Both the position numbers and the translations under genes were made by a program. 64,000 nucleotides of DNA from Planctomycetota bacterium (GTDB lineage: Bacteria; Planctomycetota; UBA1135; UBA2386): contig OZ245838.1 in NCBI GenBank assembly GCA_965228735.1, positions 3,552,001 through 3,616,000 on the forward strand, given 5' to 3'. This document shows positions 20,914-30,369 of this stretch, piece after piece. The notes under the pieces were generated by a model. The model was not told the DNA's origin, searched no databases, and saw nothing but the letters and a program-made list of their open reading frames with translations. Position 1 is the first letter of the stretch. Each line of letters opens with the position of its first letter.

Positions 20914-22398
20914 ATGAGCGAAGAACAAAAACAAGACCAGCAGCCCGAGGCGCAGGCCGCGGACGGCTTCTCGCTGCTCGACGAGATCATGCAGCAGACC
21001 AAGATGGCCCCCGACGACGAGAGCTACGCGGTTGCGCGGCGCGGCGTCGAGGCCTTCATCGGCGAGATGCTCGCGCCCAAGTCGGTGTACGAGAAGGCCG
21101 ACAAGCGCGCCGTCGACCAGATGATCGCGGAGATCGACCGCAAGCTCAGCGAGCAGATCGACCAGATCTTGCACCACGAGAAGGTGCAGCAGCTCGAATC
21201 CGCCTGGCGCGGGTTGAAGTTCGTCGTCAACCGCACGGACTTCCGCGAGGGCAACAAGATCGAGGTGCTCAACGTCAGCAAGGACCAGCTCCTCGAGGAC
21301 TTCGAGGACTCTCCCGAAGTCGTGCGGTCGGGCCTCTACAAGCTGGCCTACACCGCGGAATACGGCCAGTTCGGTGGTGAGCCGTATGCCGCCATGATCG
21401 GCAACTACGACTTCGGCCCCGGCGCCCAGGACATCGCGCTGCTGCAGAACGTGGCCAGCGTCGCGTCGATGGCGCATGCGCCGTTCATCGCGGCTGCCGG
21501 TCCGAAGTTCTTCGGCCTCGAGAAGGACTTCCAGGGCCTCGCCAACCTCAAGGACCTCGAGTCGGTCTTCGAGGGCCCGCAGTACACCAAGTGGCAGTCG
21601 TTCCGCGAGTCCGAGGACGCGCGCTACGTCGGCCTGACGGCGCCGCGCTTCCTGCTGCGCCTGCCGTACGGCGAAGACAACCCCGTCAAGGCGTTCGAGT
21701 ACAAGGAGAGCGTCGACGACGGCCACAACAGCTACCTCTGGGGCAACACGGCGTTCTCGTTCGCGACCAAGCTGACCGAGAGCTTCGCGCAGTACCGCTG
21801 GTGTCCGAACATCATCGGCCCGCAGAGCGGCGGCGCCGTCGAGGACCTGCCGCTGCACCAGTACGAAGCTGCCGGCGCAACCGAGACGAAGATCCCGACC
21901 GAGCTGCTGATCAGCGAGCGGCGCGAGTACGAACTCGCGGAGCAGGGCTTCATCCCGCTGTCGATGCGCAAGGGCAGCGACAACGCGTGCTTCTTCTCCG
22001 CCAACTCGACGCAGAAGGCCAAGAACTTCGGCTCGAGCAAGGAAGGCAAGGAAGCGGAGCTCAACTACCGCCTCGGCACGCAGCTGCCGTACATGTTCGT
22101 GATCAACCGCCTGGCGCACTACATCAAGGTGCTGCAGCGCGAGCAGATCGGCAGCGCCAAGGACCGCAAGGGTCTCGAGCGCGAGCTCAACAGCTGGCTG
22201 TCGCAGTACGTCGTCGAGGACGACAACCCGTCGCCCGATGTCCGCGCGCGCCGGCCGCTGCGTGAGGCCGCAATCATGGTCGAGGACGTCGAGGGCGAGC
22301 CCGGCTGGTACCGGGTCCGCATGCAGGTCCGGCCTCACTTCAAGTACATGGGCTCGATGTTCACCCTGTCCATGGTCGGCAAGCTCGACAAGGACTGA
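20914..22398 (+). CDS. tssC: T6SS sheath large subunit TssC (VipB)
   Basis: LESAWRGLK, EYGQFGGEP, AHAPFI, PRFLLRLPYG, YLWGN, QLPYMF, RLAHYIK, RPLREA, RPHF. Confidence 0.97.
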   Translation: MSEEQKQDQQPEAQAADGFSLLDEIMQQTKMAPDDESYAVARRGVEAFIGEMLAPKSVYEKADKRAVDQMIAEIDRKLSEQIDQILHHEKVQQLESAWRGLKFVVNRTDFREGNKIEVLNVSKDQLLEDFEDSPEVVRSGLYKLAYTAEYGQFGGEPYAAMIGNYDFGPGAQDIALLQNVASVASMAHAPFIAAAGPKFFGLEKDFQGLANLKDLESVFEGPQYTKWQSFRESEDARYVGLTAPRFLLRLPYGEDNPVKAFEYKESVDDGHNSYLWGNTAFSFATKLTESFAQYRWCPNIIGPQSGGAVEDLPLHQYEAAGATETKIPTELLISERREYELAEQGFIPLSMRKGSDNACFFSANSTQKAKNFGSSKEGKEAELNYRLGTQLPYMFVINRLAHYIKVLQREQIGSAKDRKGLERELNSWLSQYVVEDDNPSPDVRARRPLREAAIMVEDVEGEPGWYRVRMQVRPHFKYMGSMFTLSMVGKLDKD

Positions 22399-22409
22399 GC
22401 CGGTCGCAT

Positions 22410-22442
22410 CGCCCGGACAGCCGCCCTCGGGCGGCCCGGGCG
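22410..22442 (+). terminator. GC-rich stem-loop after tssC (terminator or stability element)
   Basis: cgcccgg...gccgccc-tc-gggcggc-ccgggcg inverted repeat; no U-tract. Confidence 0.4.
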
Positions 22443-22454
22443 CGATCCGGGGCG

Positions 22455-22506
22455 CAGTTCTGAGGACAAGTCAGTTCTGACCCCAGTCAGTTCTGACAAC
22501 TAGTCA
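22455..22506. repeat. Direct repeats of (agt)CAGTTCTGA upstream of hcp
   Basis: cagttctga at 22455, 22472 and 22488, plus partial agtca at 22502; TCAGnnCTGA is palindromic. Confidence 0.8.
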
Positions 22507-22605
22507 CAACGCCGCCCCAAACCCGCCGTTACTTACCCAGACACCAAACCAACCTTTGAACCCGCGGCCGCACCGGCCGCCAGCCAGTAACACCAGGAGA
22601 ACACC

Positions 22606-23091
22606 ATGGGCAGCATGAAAGTCTTTATGAAGGTCGAGGGCATCGCCGGTTCCTCGATGGAGAAGGGTCGCGACGATTGGAGCGACGTGCGCGGCTTCGA
22701 CCACAAGCTGCAATACCCGTTCGACATGCGGGACAACCGCGGCCGCGGCGAGCCCGAGCACGGCGCCTGCACGATCCTCAAGGAGATCGACAAGGCCTCG
22801 CCGAAGTTCTACGAGGCGCTGGCCAAGAAGAAGAAGGTCGACTCCATCCTGCTCGAGTTCGAGCGCGACAAGCCGGGTGAAGGCTCGACGGAGGCCTACT
22901 TCCGGATGGAGCTGCAGGACTGCCGCGTCATCACGGCCCGGCCGCACGTGCCGCAGGCCACGGGTGCTGGCGACGACAACTCGCCGCCGCACATGGAAGA
23001 GATCGGTTTCGCCTACCGCAAGATCACCTGGACGTGGGATTCGGGCGGCGCGATCGAGACGACCTTCGACTTCTCGGACCCGAAGGCCTAA
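22606..23091 (+). CDS. hcp: T6SS tube protein Hcp (TssD)
   Basis: AGGAG RBS; FMKVEGIAGSS, KEIDKASPK, MEEIGFAYRKITW. Confidence 0.95.
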   Translation: MGSMKVFMKVEGIAGSSMEKGRDDWSDVRGFDHKLQYPFDMRDNRGRGEPEHGACTILKEIDKASPKFYEALAKKKKVDSILLEFERDKPGEGSTEAYFRMELQDCRVITARPHVPQATGAGDDNSPPHMEEIGFAYRKITWTWDSGGAIETTFDFSDPKA

Positions 23092-23118
23092 TCGCGCCTT
23101 CCGGGGCCGCCACGCCGC

Positions 23119-23535
23119 ATGACGCTCTCCGAGAGCTCGCTGTTCGAACGGCTGCGTGACGAGCGCGGTGCGAGGGACCCGTCGATGTCCCTCGACCGCG
23201 CCCGGCTGCGGCAATCGATCGCGGACAACCTGCAGCGGCTCGTCACCGCACGGGTGATGCACGCCCCGGCGCAACTCGACTACGGGCTGCCGGATCCGAA
23301 CGAGATCCTGCACGCCCCCGACGGCGGCGCGGACCTGATCCGCAAACGGCTCAAGCACTGTGTCGAACACTACGAGCCCCGCCTGACCGACGTCCGCATC
23401 CTCCACATCGAATCCGCGGAGCTCGGTCACACCATCCACTTCTCGCTGCAGGCCCGGCTCAAGAGCGACCCACCCGAACCGATCGCGATCGACGCGCGGA
23501 TCGGACCCAACGGCCGCATCGTGGTGACCGCCTGA
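23119..23535 (+). CDS. tssE: T6SS baseplate subunit TssE (gp25-like)
   Basis: SLFERL, NLQRL, DYGLPD, YEPRL. Confidence 0.92.
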   Translation: MTLSESSLFERLRDERGARDPSMSLDRARLRQSIADNLQRLVTARVMHAPAQLDYGLPDPNEILHAPDGGADLIRKRLKHCVEHYEPRLTDVRILHIESAELGHTIHFSLQARLKSDPPEPIAIDARIGPNGRIVVTA

Positions 23536-25259
23536 TGTTCGCCAAGTACTACCAGGACGAACTCGCATGGCTCCGCGAGATGGGCAAGGAGCTCGCGGAC
23601 ACGCGACCGGAGCTGGCCCGCTACCTCGGGGAACCCGGCTCGGATCCTGACGTCGAACGCCTGCTCGAGGGTTTCGCCTTCCTCACGGGCCGCATCCGAC
23701 AGAAGCTCGACGACGAGTTCCCCGAGTTCACGCACGGGCTGCTCGACATGTTCTGCCCGCACTATCTGCGGCCGATCCCGGCGATGGCGATCGCGCAGAT
23801 CACACCGAAGCAGAACCGCAACGCGGGCGGCGCATCGATCCCGCGCGGGACCCCGATCGAGAGCACTCCGGTCGACGGCACGCGCTGCCGCTTCCGCACG
23901 GTCGCGGATCTCCACCCGGCACCGTTCGCGCTGCAGGAGGTCGCGTTCCGGATCGGTCACCCATCCAAGCTCGAGCTGCGCCTGCGCACGCGATCCGGCC
24001 CCGGCCTCGGCGACCGCCCGCTGCGGCTGCACCTGGCAGGTGATCAGCAGGTCAGCCGCGCGCTCTTCGTGCTGCTGACGCACTACACCGACCGCGTCAC
24101 GCTCCACGGTGACGGGCGCACCGAGGCCACCACGCTCGCGGCGACGATCCGACCCGGCGGACTGGCCGAAGAAGAGGCCGCCTTGCCGCTGCCGCGCGGC
24201 TCGTTCCGCGGCTTCCGGCTGCTGCAGGAGTACTTCGCGTGCCCCGAACGCTTCATGTTCGTCGATGTCTTCGGCCTCGGTGACATCGACACCGGCGCGG
24301 GCGGCGGCGATCTCACGCTGAGCTTCGAGTTCCGGCAGCTGCCCGACGACATGCCGCCGGTCGGCGACGGCAACGTGCTGCTCGACTGCGTGCCGCTCGT
24401 CAACCTGTTCGACCACGACGCGGACCCGGTGCGCGCCGAAGCCGGCCGCACCGAATACCGGATCCGCCCCGCGGGCAAGGACTCGGAGCACTACGAGATC
24501 CACTCCGTGAGCGCCGTCGAAGGGCGCGTTCGCGGCGGCGGCAAGGCGGAACGCTACCAGCCGTTCTTCACGTTCGAGCCGCGGCACGACGACTCGGGGC
24601 GGCACTACGAACTGCGCCGCCGGGACTCCGTCCGGAGCGCTGGCACCGACCTCTACCTCCGGCTCGGCGCGAGCGATCCCGACCAGTGGTCCGAGCTCGA
24701 CACGATCTCGGTCGACCTCGTGTGCAGCAATCGCGACCTGACGACGCGACTCGGCCCGGGCGACATCAACCACGCCACGCCCGATACTCCGGGCGCGTTC
24801 GACTACCGCAGCGTCGGCGCTCCCTCCACGCCGGTGCCGCCGCCGATGGGCGACGACGTGCACTGGCGCCTGCTCGCGCACATGACGCTCAACCTGCGAC
24901 GCCTCGGCGATCGCGACTCGCTGACGACGGCGCTGTCGCTCTACGACTTCCGCGCGCGCGTCGATCGCCAGAGCAAGCGCCGCCTCGAGAACCTGCTGCA
25001 GGCGATCGAGTCGGTCGAGCTGCGGCGTGAGGTCGATCTGCTCGACGGCGTGCCCGTGAACGGCTCCGTGATCGCGCTGCGCATCGACGAGGAGAAGGCC
25101 GGCGGCGAAGGCGAGACCTGTGTTCTCGGCACGATCCTCAGCGAGTTCTTCGCGCAGTACGTGTCGCTCAATTCCTTCTCCCGGCTGCGTATCGAGTGCA
25201 CCGGGAACAACGAGGTCTTCACATGGCCGGCGCGGATCGGGCGACGAATCACGATCTGA
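23535..25259 (+). CDS. tssF: T6SS baseplate subunit TssF
   Basis: YYQDELAWLRE, DPDVERLLEGFAFL, PHYLRPIP, RLLQEYF, C.PLVNLF, SLNSF, WPAR.G. Confidence 0.96.
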   Translation: MFAKYYQDELAWLREMGKELADTRPELARYLGEPGSDPDVERLLEGFAFLTGRIRQKLDDEFPEFTHGLLDMFCPHYLRPIPAMAIAQITPKQNRNAGGASIPRGTPIESTPVDGTRCRFRTVADLHPAPFALQEVAFRIGHPSKLELRLRTRSGPGLGDRPLRLHLAGDQQVSRALFVLLTHYTDRVTLHGDGRTEATTLAATIRPGGLAEEEAALPLPRGSFRGFRLLQEYFACPERFMFVDVFGLGDIDTGAGGGDLTLSFEFRQLPDDMPPVGDGNVLLDCVPLVNLFDHDADPVRAEAGRTEYRIRPAGKDSEHYEIHSVSAVEGRVRGGGKAERYQPFFTFEPRHDDSGRHYELRRRDSVRSAGTDLYLRLGASDPDQWSELDTISVDLVCSNRDLTTRLGPGDINHATPDTPGAFDYRSVGAPSTPVPPPMGDDVHWRLLAHMTLNLRRLGDRDSLTTALSLYDFRARVDRQSKRRLENLLQAIESVELRREVDLLDGVPVNGSVIALRIDEEKAGGEGETCVLGTILSEFFAQYVSLNSFSRLRIECTGNNEVFTWPARIGRRITI

Positions 25260-26278
25260 TCCGCGCCCTCGAGGAGCGGTGCACCGCGGCCGGGTTCCAC
25301 CAGGTCGTGCGCATCCTCGAGGCGCTGCCCCTGCGCGAAGACGCCGTGCCCGTCGGCCACCAGGGCCCGCCGCACCGCGAGGGTGTGCGTTTTCGGCCGG
25401 CACTCGACCTGTCCTTCGGCAGCAGCGAGATCGAGGCCTGTGAAATCGACGAGGAGCGCGTCCGCTTCGAGCTCACGACCCGCTTCTTCGGGCTCTACGG
25501 CACGCAGTCGCCGATGCCCGCGGATCTGACGGAGCGGCTGCTCTACGACGACCCCGACGGCCGACTGCGGGCGTTCCTCGACGTCTTCAACCACCGCTTG
25601 CTGTCGTTCCAGCACCGCGCTTGGGCCAAGTATCGCCGCGCCGTGCAGTACGACGGCCGCGGTACGGACAGCAGCTCGCGCCGCATGCGCTTGCTCTGCA
25701 ACGTCGAGGAGCTCGGCGCGCCGCTGCAGCTCCTCGGCTTCGCCGGCGCACTGCAGGACACGCCGCTGTCCGAGACGTCGTTCGAGCACGTGCTGCGCGA
25801 GTGCCTCGGCATCCCGCTCGAGGTGCGGTCGTGCCGCGTGCGCTGGATCCGCACGCCGAAGGTGCACCGCACGCAGCTCGGCCGCCGCAACTGCACACTC
25901 GGCGGCATCGCCCCGCTCGGCGACGAGATGCGCTCCGCGACGACGACGTTCCAGATCTGGATCGGCCCCGTCGGTGAAGCGGACTACCTGGCGTTCCTGC
26001 CGAACGGCTCCCGCCGCCAGGAGCTGTGCCGGCTCGTCGATCGCCTCAACACCGACCAGCTCGACTGCGAGATCGCCATCGAGGTCGAGCCCGACGCGAT
26101 CCGCCCGGCCCGCCTCGGCCCCAATGACGCGGCCCGCGACGCGGCCAGCGACGACGCCGAGGCGTCCGAGCACGGCCGCCAGGGTCTCGGCTGGAATACC
26201 TGGCTCGGAGCCGACGCCAACGCCCTCGCACCTGCCCGCGGCGACAGTGTCGCGCGCTCCCTCCATCGCCCCGCCTGA
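25223..26278 (+). CDS. tssG: T6SS baseplate subunit TssG
   Basis: FHQVVRILE, FFGLYG.QSPMP, FLDVFNHR, RAWAKYR, IGP, LGWNTWL. Confidence 0.93.
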   Translation: MAGADRATNHDLIRALEERCTAAGFHQVVRILEALPLREDAVPVGHQGPPHREGVRFRPALDLSFGSSEIEACEIDEERVRFELTTRFFGLYGTQSPMPADLTERLLYDDPDGRLRAFLDVFNHRLLSFQHRAWAKYRRAVQYDGRGTDSSSRRMRLLCNVEELGAPLQLLGFAGALQDTPLSETSFEHVLRECLGIPLEVRSCRVRWIRTPKVHRTQLGRRNCTLGGIAPLGDEMRSATTTFQIWIGPVGEADYLAFLPNGSRRQELCRLVDRLNTDQLDCEIAIEVEPDAIRPARLGPNDAARDAASDDAEASEHGRQGLGWNTWLGADANALAPARGDSVARSLHRPA

Positions 26279-26334
26279 CGCTCACTGCCTGACCCTCCCC
26301 CCTGCCCCACCCGCGCCCTGCCTCCGGTGCCCTG

Positions 26335-28980
26335 ATGGTCCAAGTCGAAATCAAAGCCGTCGTCTCCCGCCTCAATCCGACCTGCACGCGCGCGCTCGAG
26401 CGCGCCGCGGGCATGAGCGTCTCGCGCCAGCACCACGAGGTGACGGTCGAGCACATGCTCTACTCGCTGATCGAGGACCCGTACAGCGACCTGCAGAGCA
26501 TCCTGCAGCACTTCGGGATCGACTCGGGCCGGCTGCAGAAGGCGCTCACGGGCGCACTCGACCAGTTGCGCGCCGGCAACACGGGCCGGCCGGTGTTCTC
26601 GCCGACGCTCATCGACTGGTTCAAGGAAGGCTGGATCCTCGGCTCCCTGACGCACGGCGATCTCAAGGTGCGTTCGGGTCACCTGCTGCACGCCATGGTC
26701 GAGGGCGGCATGCGAATCTGCGGGGGGGATTACGCGAGCCTGCTCGAGGCAGTGAAGAGGAACGAGCTCGGGGAGAAGCTCGACGAGATCGCGTCGAGCA
26801 GCAACGAGCACGACGAGATGCGGGCCGCGTCCGCGGCCGGCGGCGGTGGCGCACCGGCCGGCGACGGCACCCCGACCGGGGACACGGCGCTCGAGAAGTT
26901 CTGCACCGACCTCACCGCGCGCGCGAAGAACGACGAGATCGATCCCATCTTCGGCCGCGACCGCGAGATTCGGCAGGTCGTCGACATCCTCGCGCGGCGT
27001 CGCAAGAACAACCCGATCATCGTCGGCGACGCCGGCGTCGGGAAGACGGCGCTCGTCGAAGGCCTCGCGCGCAAGATCGCAGCCGGCGAGGTCAACGAGC
27101 AGCTCAAGGATGTGAGCCTGCTGACGCTCGACCTCGGTCTGCTGCAGGCCGGCGCGAGCGTGAAGGGCGAGTTCGAGAACCGCCTCAAGCAGGTGATCGA
27201 CGAGGTCAAGGCCTCGCCCAAGCCGATCATCATGTTCATCGACGAGGCGCACACGCTGATCGGCGCGGGCGGCGCGGCCGGCTCGGGCGATGCGGCCAAC
27301 CTGCTCAAGCCGGCCCTCGCCCGCGGCGAGCTGCGCACCGTCGCGGCGACGACGTGGTCCGAGTACAAGAAGTACTTCGAGAAGGACCCGGCGCTCGCCC
27401 GGCGCTTCCAGCTCGTGAAGGTCGACGAGCCCGACACCGAGACCGCGACCGGCATGCTGCGCGGCCTGCGGGAGCGCTACGAGACGGCGCACGGCATCGC
27501 GATGCGCGACGACGCCGTCGTGGCCGCCGCCGAGATGGGCAGCCGCTACATCGCCGGCCGGCAGCACCCGGACAAGGGCGTCGATCTCATGGACACGGCG
27601 ACGGCGCGCGTTCGCATCTCGCAGGCCGCCCGGCCGGCCGAGCTCGAGGACCTCGGCAGTCGCATCGAGACGCTCGATCGCGAGCGCGAAGCCCTCGACC
27701 GCGACCGCGGCAACGGCATCGGCGGGCTCGACGATCGCATCGCCGAGCTCGAAGGCGAGCTGACCACGCTGCGCACGCAACACGGTGAACTCGAGCAGCG
27801 CTGGGAGAAGGAACGCGCCGCGGCCGAACAGGTGCTCGAACTCCGCAAGGCGCTCGACGATGCCAAGAGCAGCGGTGACGAGGCGGCGGTCGAAGCCAAG
27901 AAGGCCGAGGTCGCTGCCGCGATCACGGCGCTGCAGGAGCTGCAGGGCGCAGAACCGCTCGTGCACGTCGAGGTGACGCCCGACGTCGTCGGTCAGGTCA
28001 TCTCCGACTGGACCGGCATTCCGGTCGGCAACATGATCAAGGACGAGGCGAAGACGTTGCTCACGCTCGAGGACGAGCTGACCAAGCGGGTGAAGGGCCA
28101 GGACCACGTCATGGGTTCGGTCGCCGAGGGCATTCGCGCGGCCAAGGCCGGGCTCAAGACGCCCGAGGTGCCGATGGGTGTCTTCCTGTTCGTCGGGCCG
28201 AGCGGCGTCGGCAAGACCGAGACCGCGCTCGCGGTCGCCGACCTGCTGTTCGGCGGCGAACGCTTCATGACGACGATCAACATGTCGGAGTTCAAGGAGA
28301 AGCACAACATCTCCCGACTCATCGGCAGCCCGCCCGGCTACGTCGGCTACGGCGAAGGCGGCGTGTTGACCGAGGCCGTGCGGCAGCGGCCGTACTCCGT
28401 CGTGCTGCTCGACGAGTGCGAGAAGGCCTCGCTCGAGGTCCTCGAGCTGTTCTACCAGGTGTTCGACAAGGGCAAGTTGTCGGACGGCGAGGGCCGCGAA
28501 ATCGACTTCAAGGACACCGTCATCTTCCTGACGAGCAACCTCGCGACCGACGTGATCACCGAGGCCGGCATGCTCGACGAGCCGCCGTCGCCCGAGGACC
28601 TCGCGACGCTCATCCGGCCGATCCTCTCCAACCACTTCAAGCCGGCGCTGCTCGCCCGCATGACCATCGTGCCGTTCTTCCCGCTCAAGCCGGACGTGCT
28701 CGAGATGATCACGCGGCTCAAGCTCAACAAGATCAAGAAGCAACTGGCGGCAACGCACGAGATGGCGACGACGATCGACGACTCGGTCGTCAAGGCGATC
28801 GCGTCGCGGTGCTCCGAGGTCGAGGCCGGCGCGCGCAACATCGATCACATCGTCCGCGGCAGCCTGCTGCCGCAGATGTCACGCCAGCTCCTCGAGCGCA
28901 TGAGCACGAGCGAGATGCCGAAGACCCTCAAGGTCGTGATGGCGGACGACGGCGACTTCGCCCTGGAGTTCGGCAACTGA
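26335..28980 (+). CDS. clpV: T6SS AAA+ ATPase ClpV (TssH)
   Basis: RRRKNNPI, GDAGVGKT, LQAGASVKGEFENRL, FIDEAH, GPSGVGKT, LLDE.EKA. Confidence 0.97.
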   Translation: MVQVEIKAVVSRLNPTCTRALERAAGMSVSRQHHEVTVEHMLYSLIEDPYSDLQSILQHFGIDSGRLQKALTGALDQLRAGNTGRPVFSPTLIDWFKEGWILGSLTHGDLKVRSGHLLHAMVEGGMRICGGDYASLLEAVKRNELGEKLDEIASSSNEHDEMRAASAAGGGGAPAGDGTPTGDTALEKFCTDLTARAKNDEIDPIFGRDREIRQVVDILARRRKNNPIIVGDAGVGKTALVEGLARKIAAGEVNEQLKDVSLLTLDLGLLQAGASVKGEFENRLKQVIDEVKASPKPIIMFIDEAHTLIGAGGAAGSGDAANLLKPALARGELRTVAATTWSEYKKYFEKDPALARRFQLVKVDEPDTETATGMLRGLRERYETAHGIAMRDDAVVAAAEMGSRYIAGRQHPDKGVDLMDTATARVRISQAARPAELEDLGSRIETLDREREALDRDRGNGIGGLDDRIAELEGELTTLRTQHGELEQRWEKERAAAEQVLELRKALDDAKSSGDEAAVEAKKAEVAAAITALQELQGAEPLVHVEVTPDVVGQVISDWTGIPVGNMIKDEAKTLLTLEDELTKRVKGQDHVMGSVAEGIRAAKAGLKTPEVPMGVFLFVGPSGVGKTETALAVADLLFGGERFMTTINMSEFKEKHNISRLIGSPPGYVGYGEGGVLTEAVRQRPYSVVLLDECEKASLEVLELFYQVFDKGKLSDGEGREIDFKDTVIFLTSNLATDVITEAGMLDEPPSPEDLATLIRPILSNHFKPALLARMTIVPFFPLKPDVLEMITRLKLNKIKKQLAATHEMATTIDDSVVKAIASRCSEVEAGARNIDHIVRGSLLPQMSRQLLERMSTSEMPKTLKVVMADDGDFALEFGN

Positions 28981-28981
28981 G

Positions 28982-29701
28982 ATGACCCCAGTACTCGCGA
29001 CCCTCGCCCCGCGGCCACTCGCGGCCGTGACCGCCCTCACGGGCGGTGGCTACCGCCGACGCTTCGAGCTGTCGGCGGCGCCCGGGTCGTGTTTGCTGCA
29101 ACGCGTGCGCACCCGCATCCGTTACGTCGAAGGCCGCGCGCTCGTCGCCGAGCTCCGGCAGACCTACTGGGAGTTCTTCCGCTTCCCGGCGGATCCCGAG
29201 GCGACGGTCGTCGACACCCACGACTTCTCGGTGCGCCGGGACGGCTGGCGGCAGGCCGCGATTCGCGCGCTCGTGCGACGCCACGGCGGCTCGCCCGCTG
29301 CCGTCGTGCGAGGCGGCGCTCCCGTGCTCACCGTCACGAAGTCGTTCCTGCTCGCTCCGGGCACCGTGACCGGCGAATCCGCACAGCCCGTCGACGGTGG
29401 TACGGAGTTCGGGTTCCTGACGACCGGTGACGGCGACGAACGTTCGCGAACGTCGCTCCTGGTCATCACCGATGACCCGACCGCCCCGCACCACGTCGAC
29501 CTCGAGCCCTGCCCACCGGGCTATCCCGTCGCTGGCACGGGGCACTTCACCGCCTCGGCAGGCCATGCCGCGACCGAACGCTACCGCTACCACTTCGCCA
29601 GCCTCGCCGGCCGCTGCCGCGACCGAGCCGGGTATCGCGCAACGAGTATCGCGCGACGGGTATCGCGCAACGGGGATCGCACTCGCCGCGTTGCTCACTG
29701 A
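28982..29701 (+). CDS. Hypothetical protein within the T6SS locus
   Basis: ATG 2 nt after the clpV stop; fills the gap to the next gene; no recognisable motif; 3' end crosses a 14-bp tandem repeat. Confidence 0.45.
   Translation: MTPVLATLAPRPLAAVTALTGGGYRRRFELSAAPGSCLLQRVRTRIRYVEGRALVAELRQTYWEFFRFPADPEATVVDTHDFSVRRDGWRQAAIRALVRRHGGSPAAVVRGGAPVLTVTKSFLLAPGTVTGESAQPVDGGTEFGFLTTGDGDERSRTSLLVITDDPTAPHHVDLEPCPPGYPVAGTGHFTASAGHAATERYRYHFASLAGRCRDRAGYRATSIARRVSRNGDRTRRVAH
29630..29680. repeat. 14-bp tandem repeat G(G/A)GTATCGCGC(A/G)AC x~3.5
   Basis: gggtatcgcgcaac gagtatcgcgcgac gggtatcgcgcaac ggggatcgc. Confidence 0.8.
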
Positions 29702-29719
29702 ATCCGCACTCCAACGATC

Positions 29720-30313
29720 ATGACCAGGTCCGACGCCACAACGGCCGCCTCAGAGGCCGCCCAACGCACCGTCTCCGCCGGCTCGAACGCGAACTCGGCC
29801 AACGACTGGCTCGGCCCCGCGACCGTGGTCGGGGGTTCTGCCAGGAGCCCGCTCGTCGAGCTGCAGGCCCCCTCCGGACGGCGGGTCGCCGTCACCCCGG
29901 CGTTCACGTTCCCGTACGAACCGACGACGGACGACGTCCTGCTCGTGCTCGGCCAGGACGACGGCTGGTTCGCCGTCGGCGTGATCCAGGGCAGCCGCCC
30001 GACGCAGTTGCACTTCCCAGGTGACGCGTCGATTCACGCGACGAACGGGCGGCTCACGCTATCGAGCGATCGAGCCGTCGAGGTGCGTTCGCCGCGCGTC
30101 ACGGTCCGCGCCGGTGTGCTCAGGACGATCGCCGAGTCGATGGTCGAGAAGACCGATCGACTGCGGCGCTGGGTGCGCGGCCTGCTCGCGGTCCGCGCCG
30201 GCACGTCGAACCGCATCGTCGACGGCGAGGACAGCACGCGTTGCGAGAACTCCACGACGCTCGCGAAGGACACCGTCAAGATCGACGGCGACCAGCTGCA
30301 CCTCGGACACTGA
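29720..30313 (+). CDS. DUF3540-like T6SS-associated protein (copy 1)
   Basis: OB-like N-terminus (YEP..DDVLLV...FAVGVI), beta-rich middle, C-terminal AKDTVKIDGDQLHLG. Confidence 0.8.
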   Translation: MTRSDATTAASEAAQRTVSAGSNANSANDWLGPATVVGGSARSPLVELQAPSGRRVAVTPAFTFPYEPTTDDVLLVLGQDDGWFAVGVIQGSRPTQLHFPGDASIHATNGRLTLSSDRAVEVRSPRVTVRAGVLRTIAESMVEKTDRLRRWVRGLLAVRAGTSNRIVDGEDSTRCENSTTLAKDTVKIDGDQLHLGH

Positions 30314-30369
30314 TCCGACCATCGCTCCGAACATCGCTCACGAAGACTGCTCCTCCGCCGCCACATCCG

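Noticed and set aside
22455..22506. Possible mini CRISPR array
   Set aside because: Repeats are 9-12 bp with 4-8 bp spacers, far too short, and there are no cas genes.
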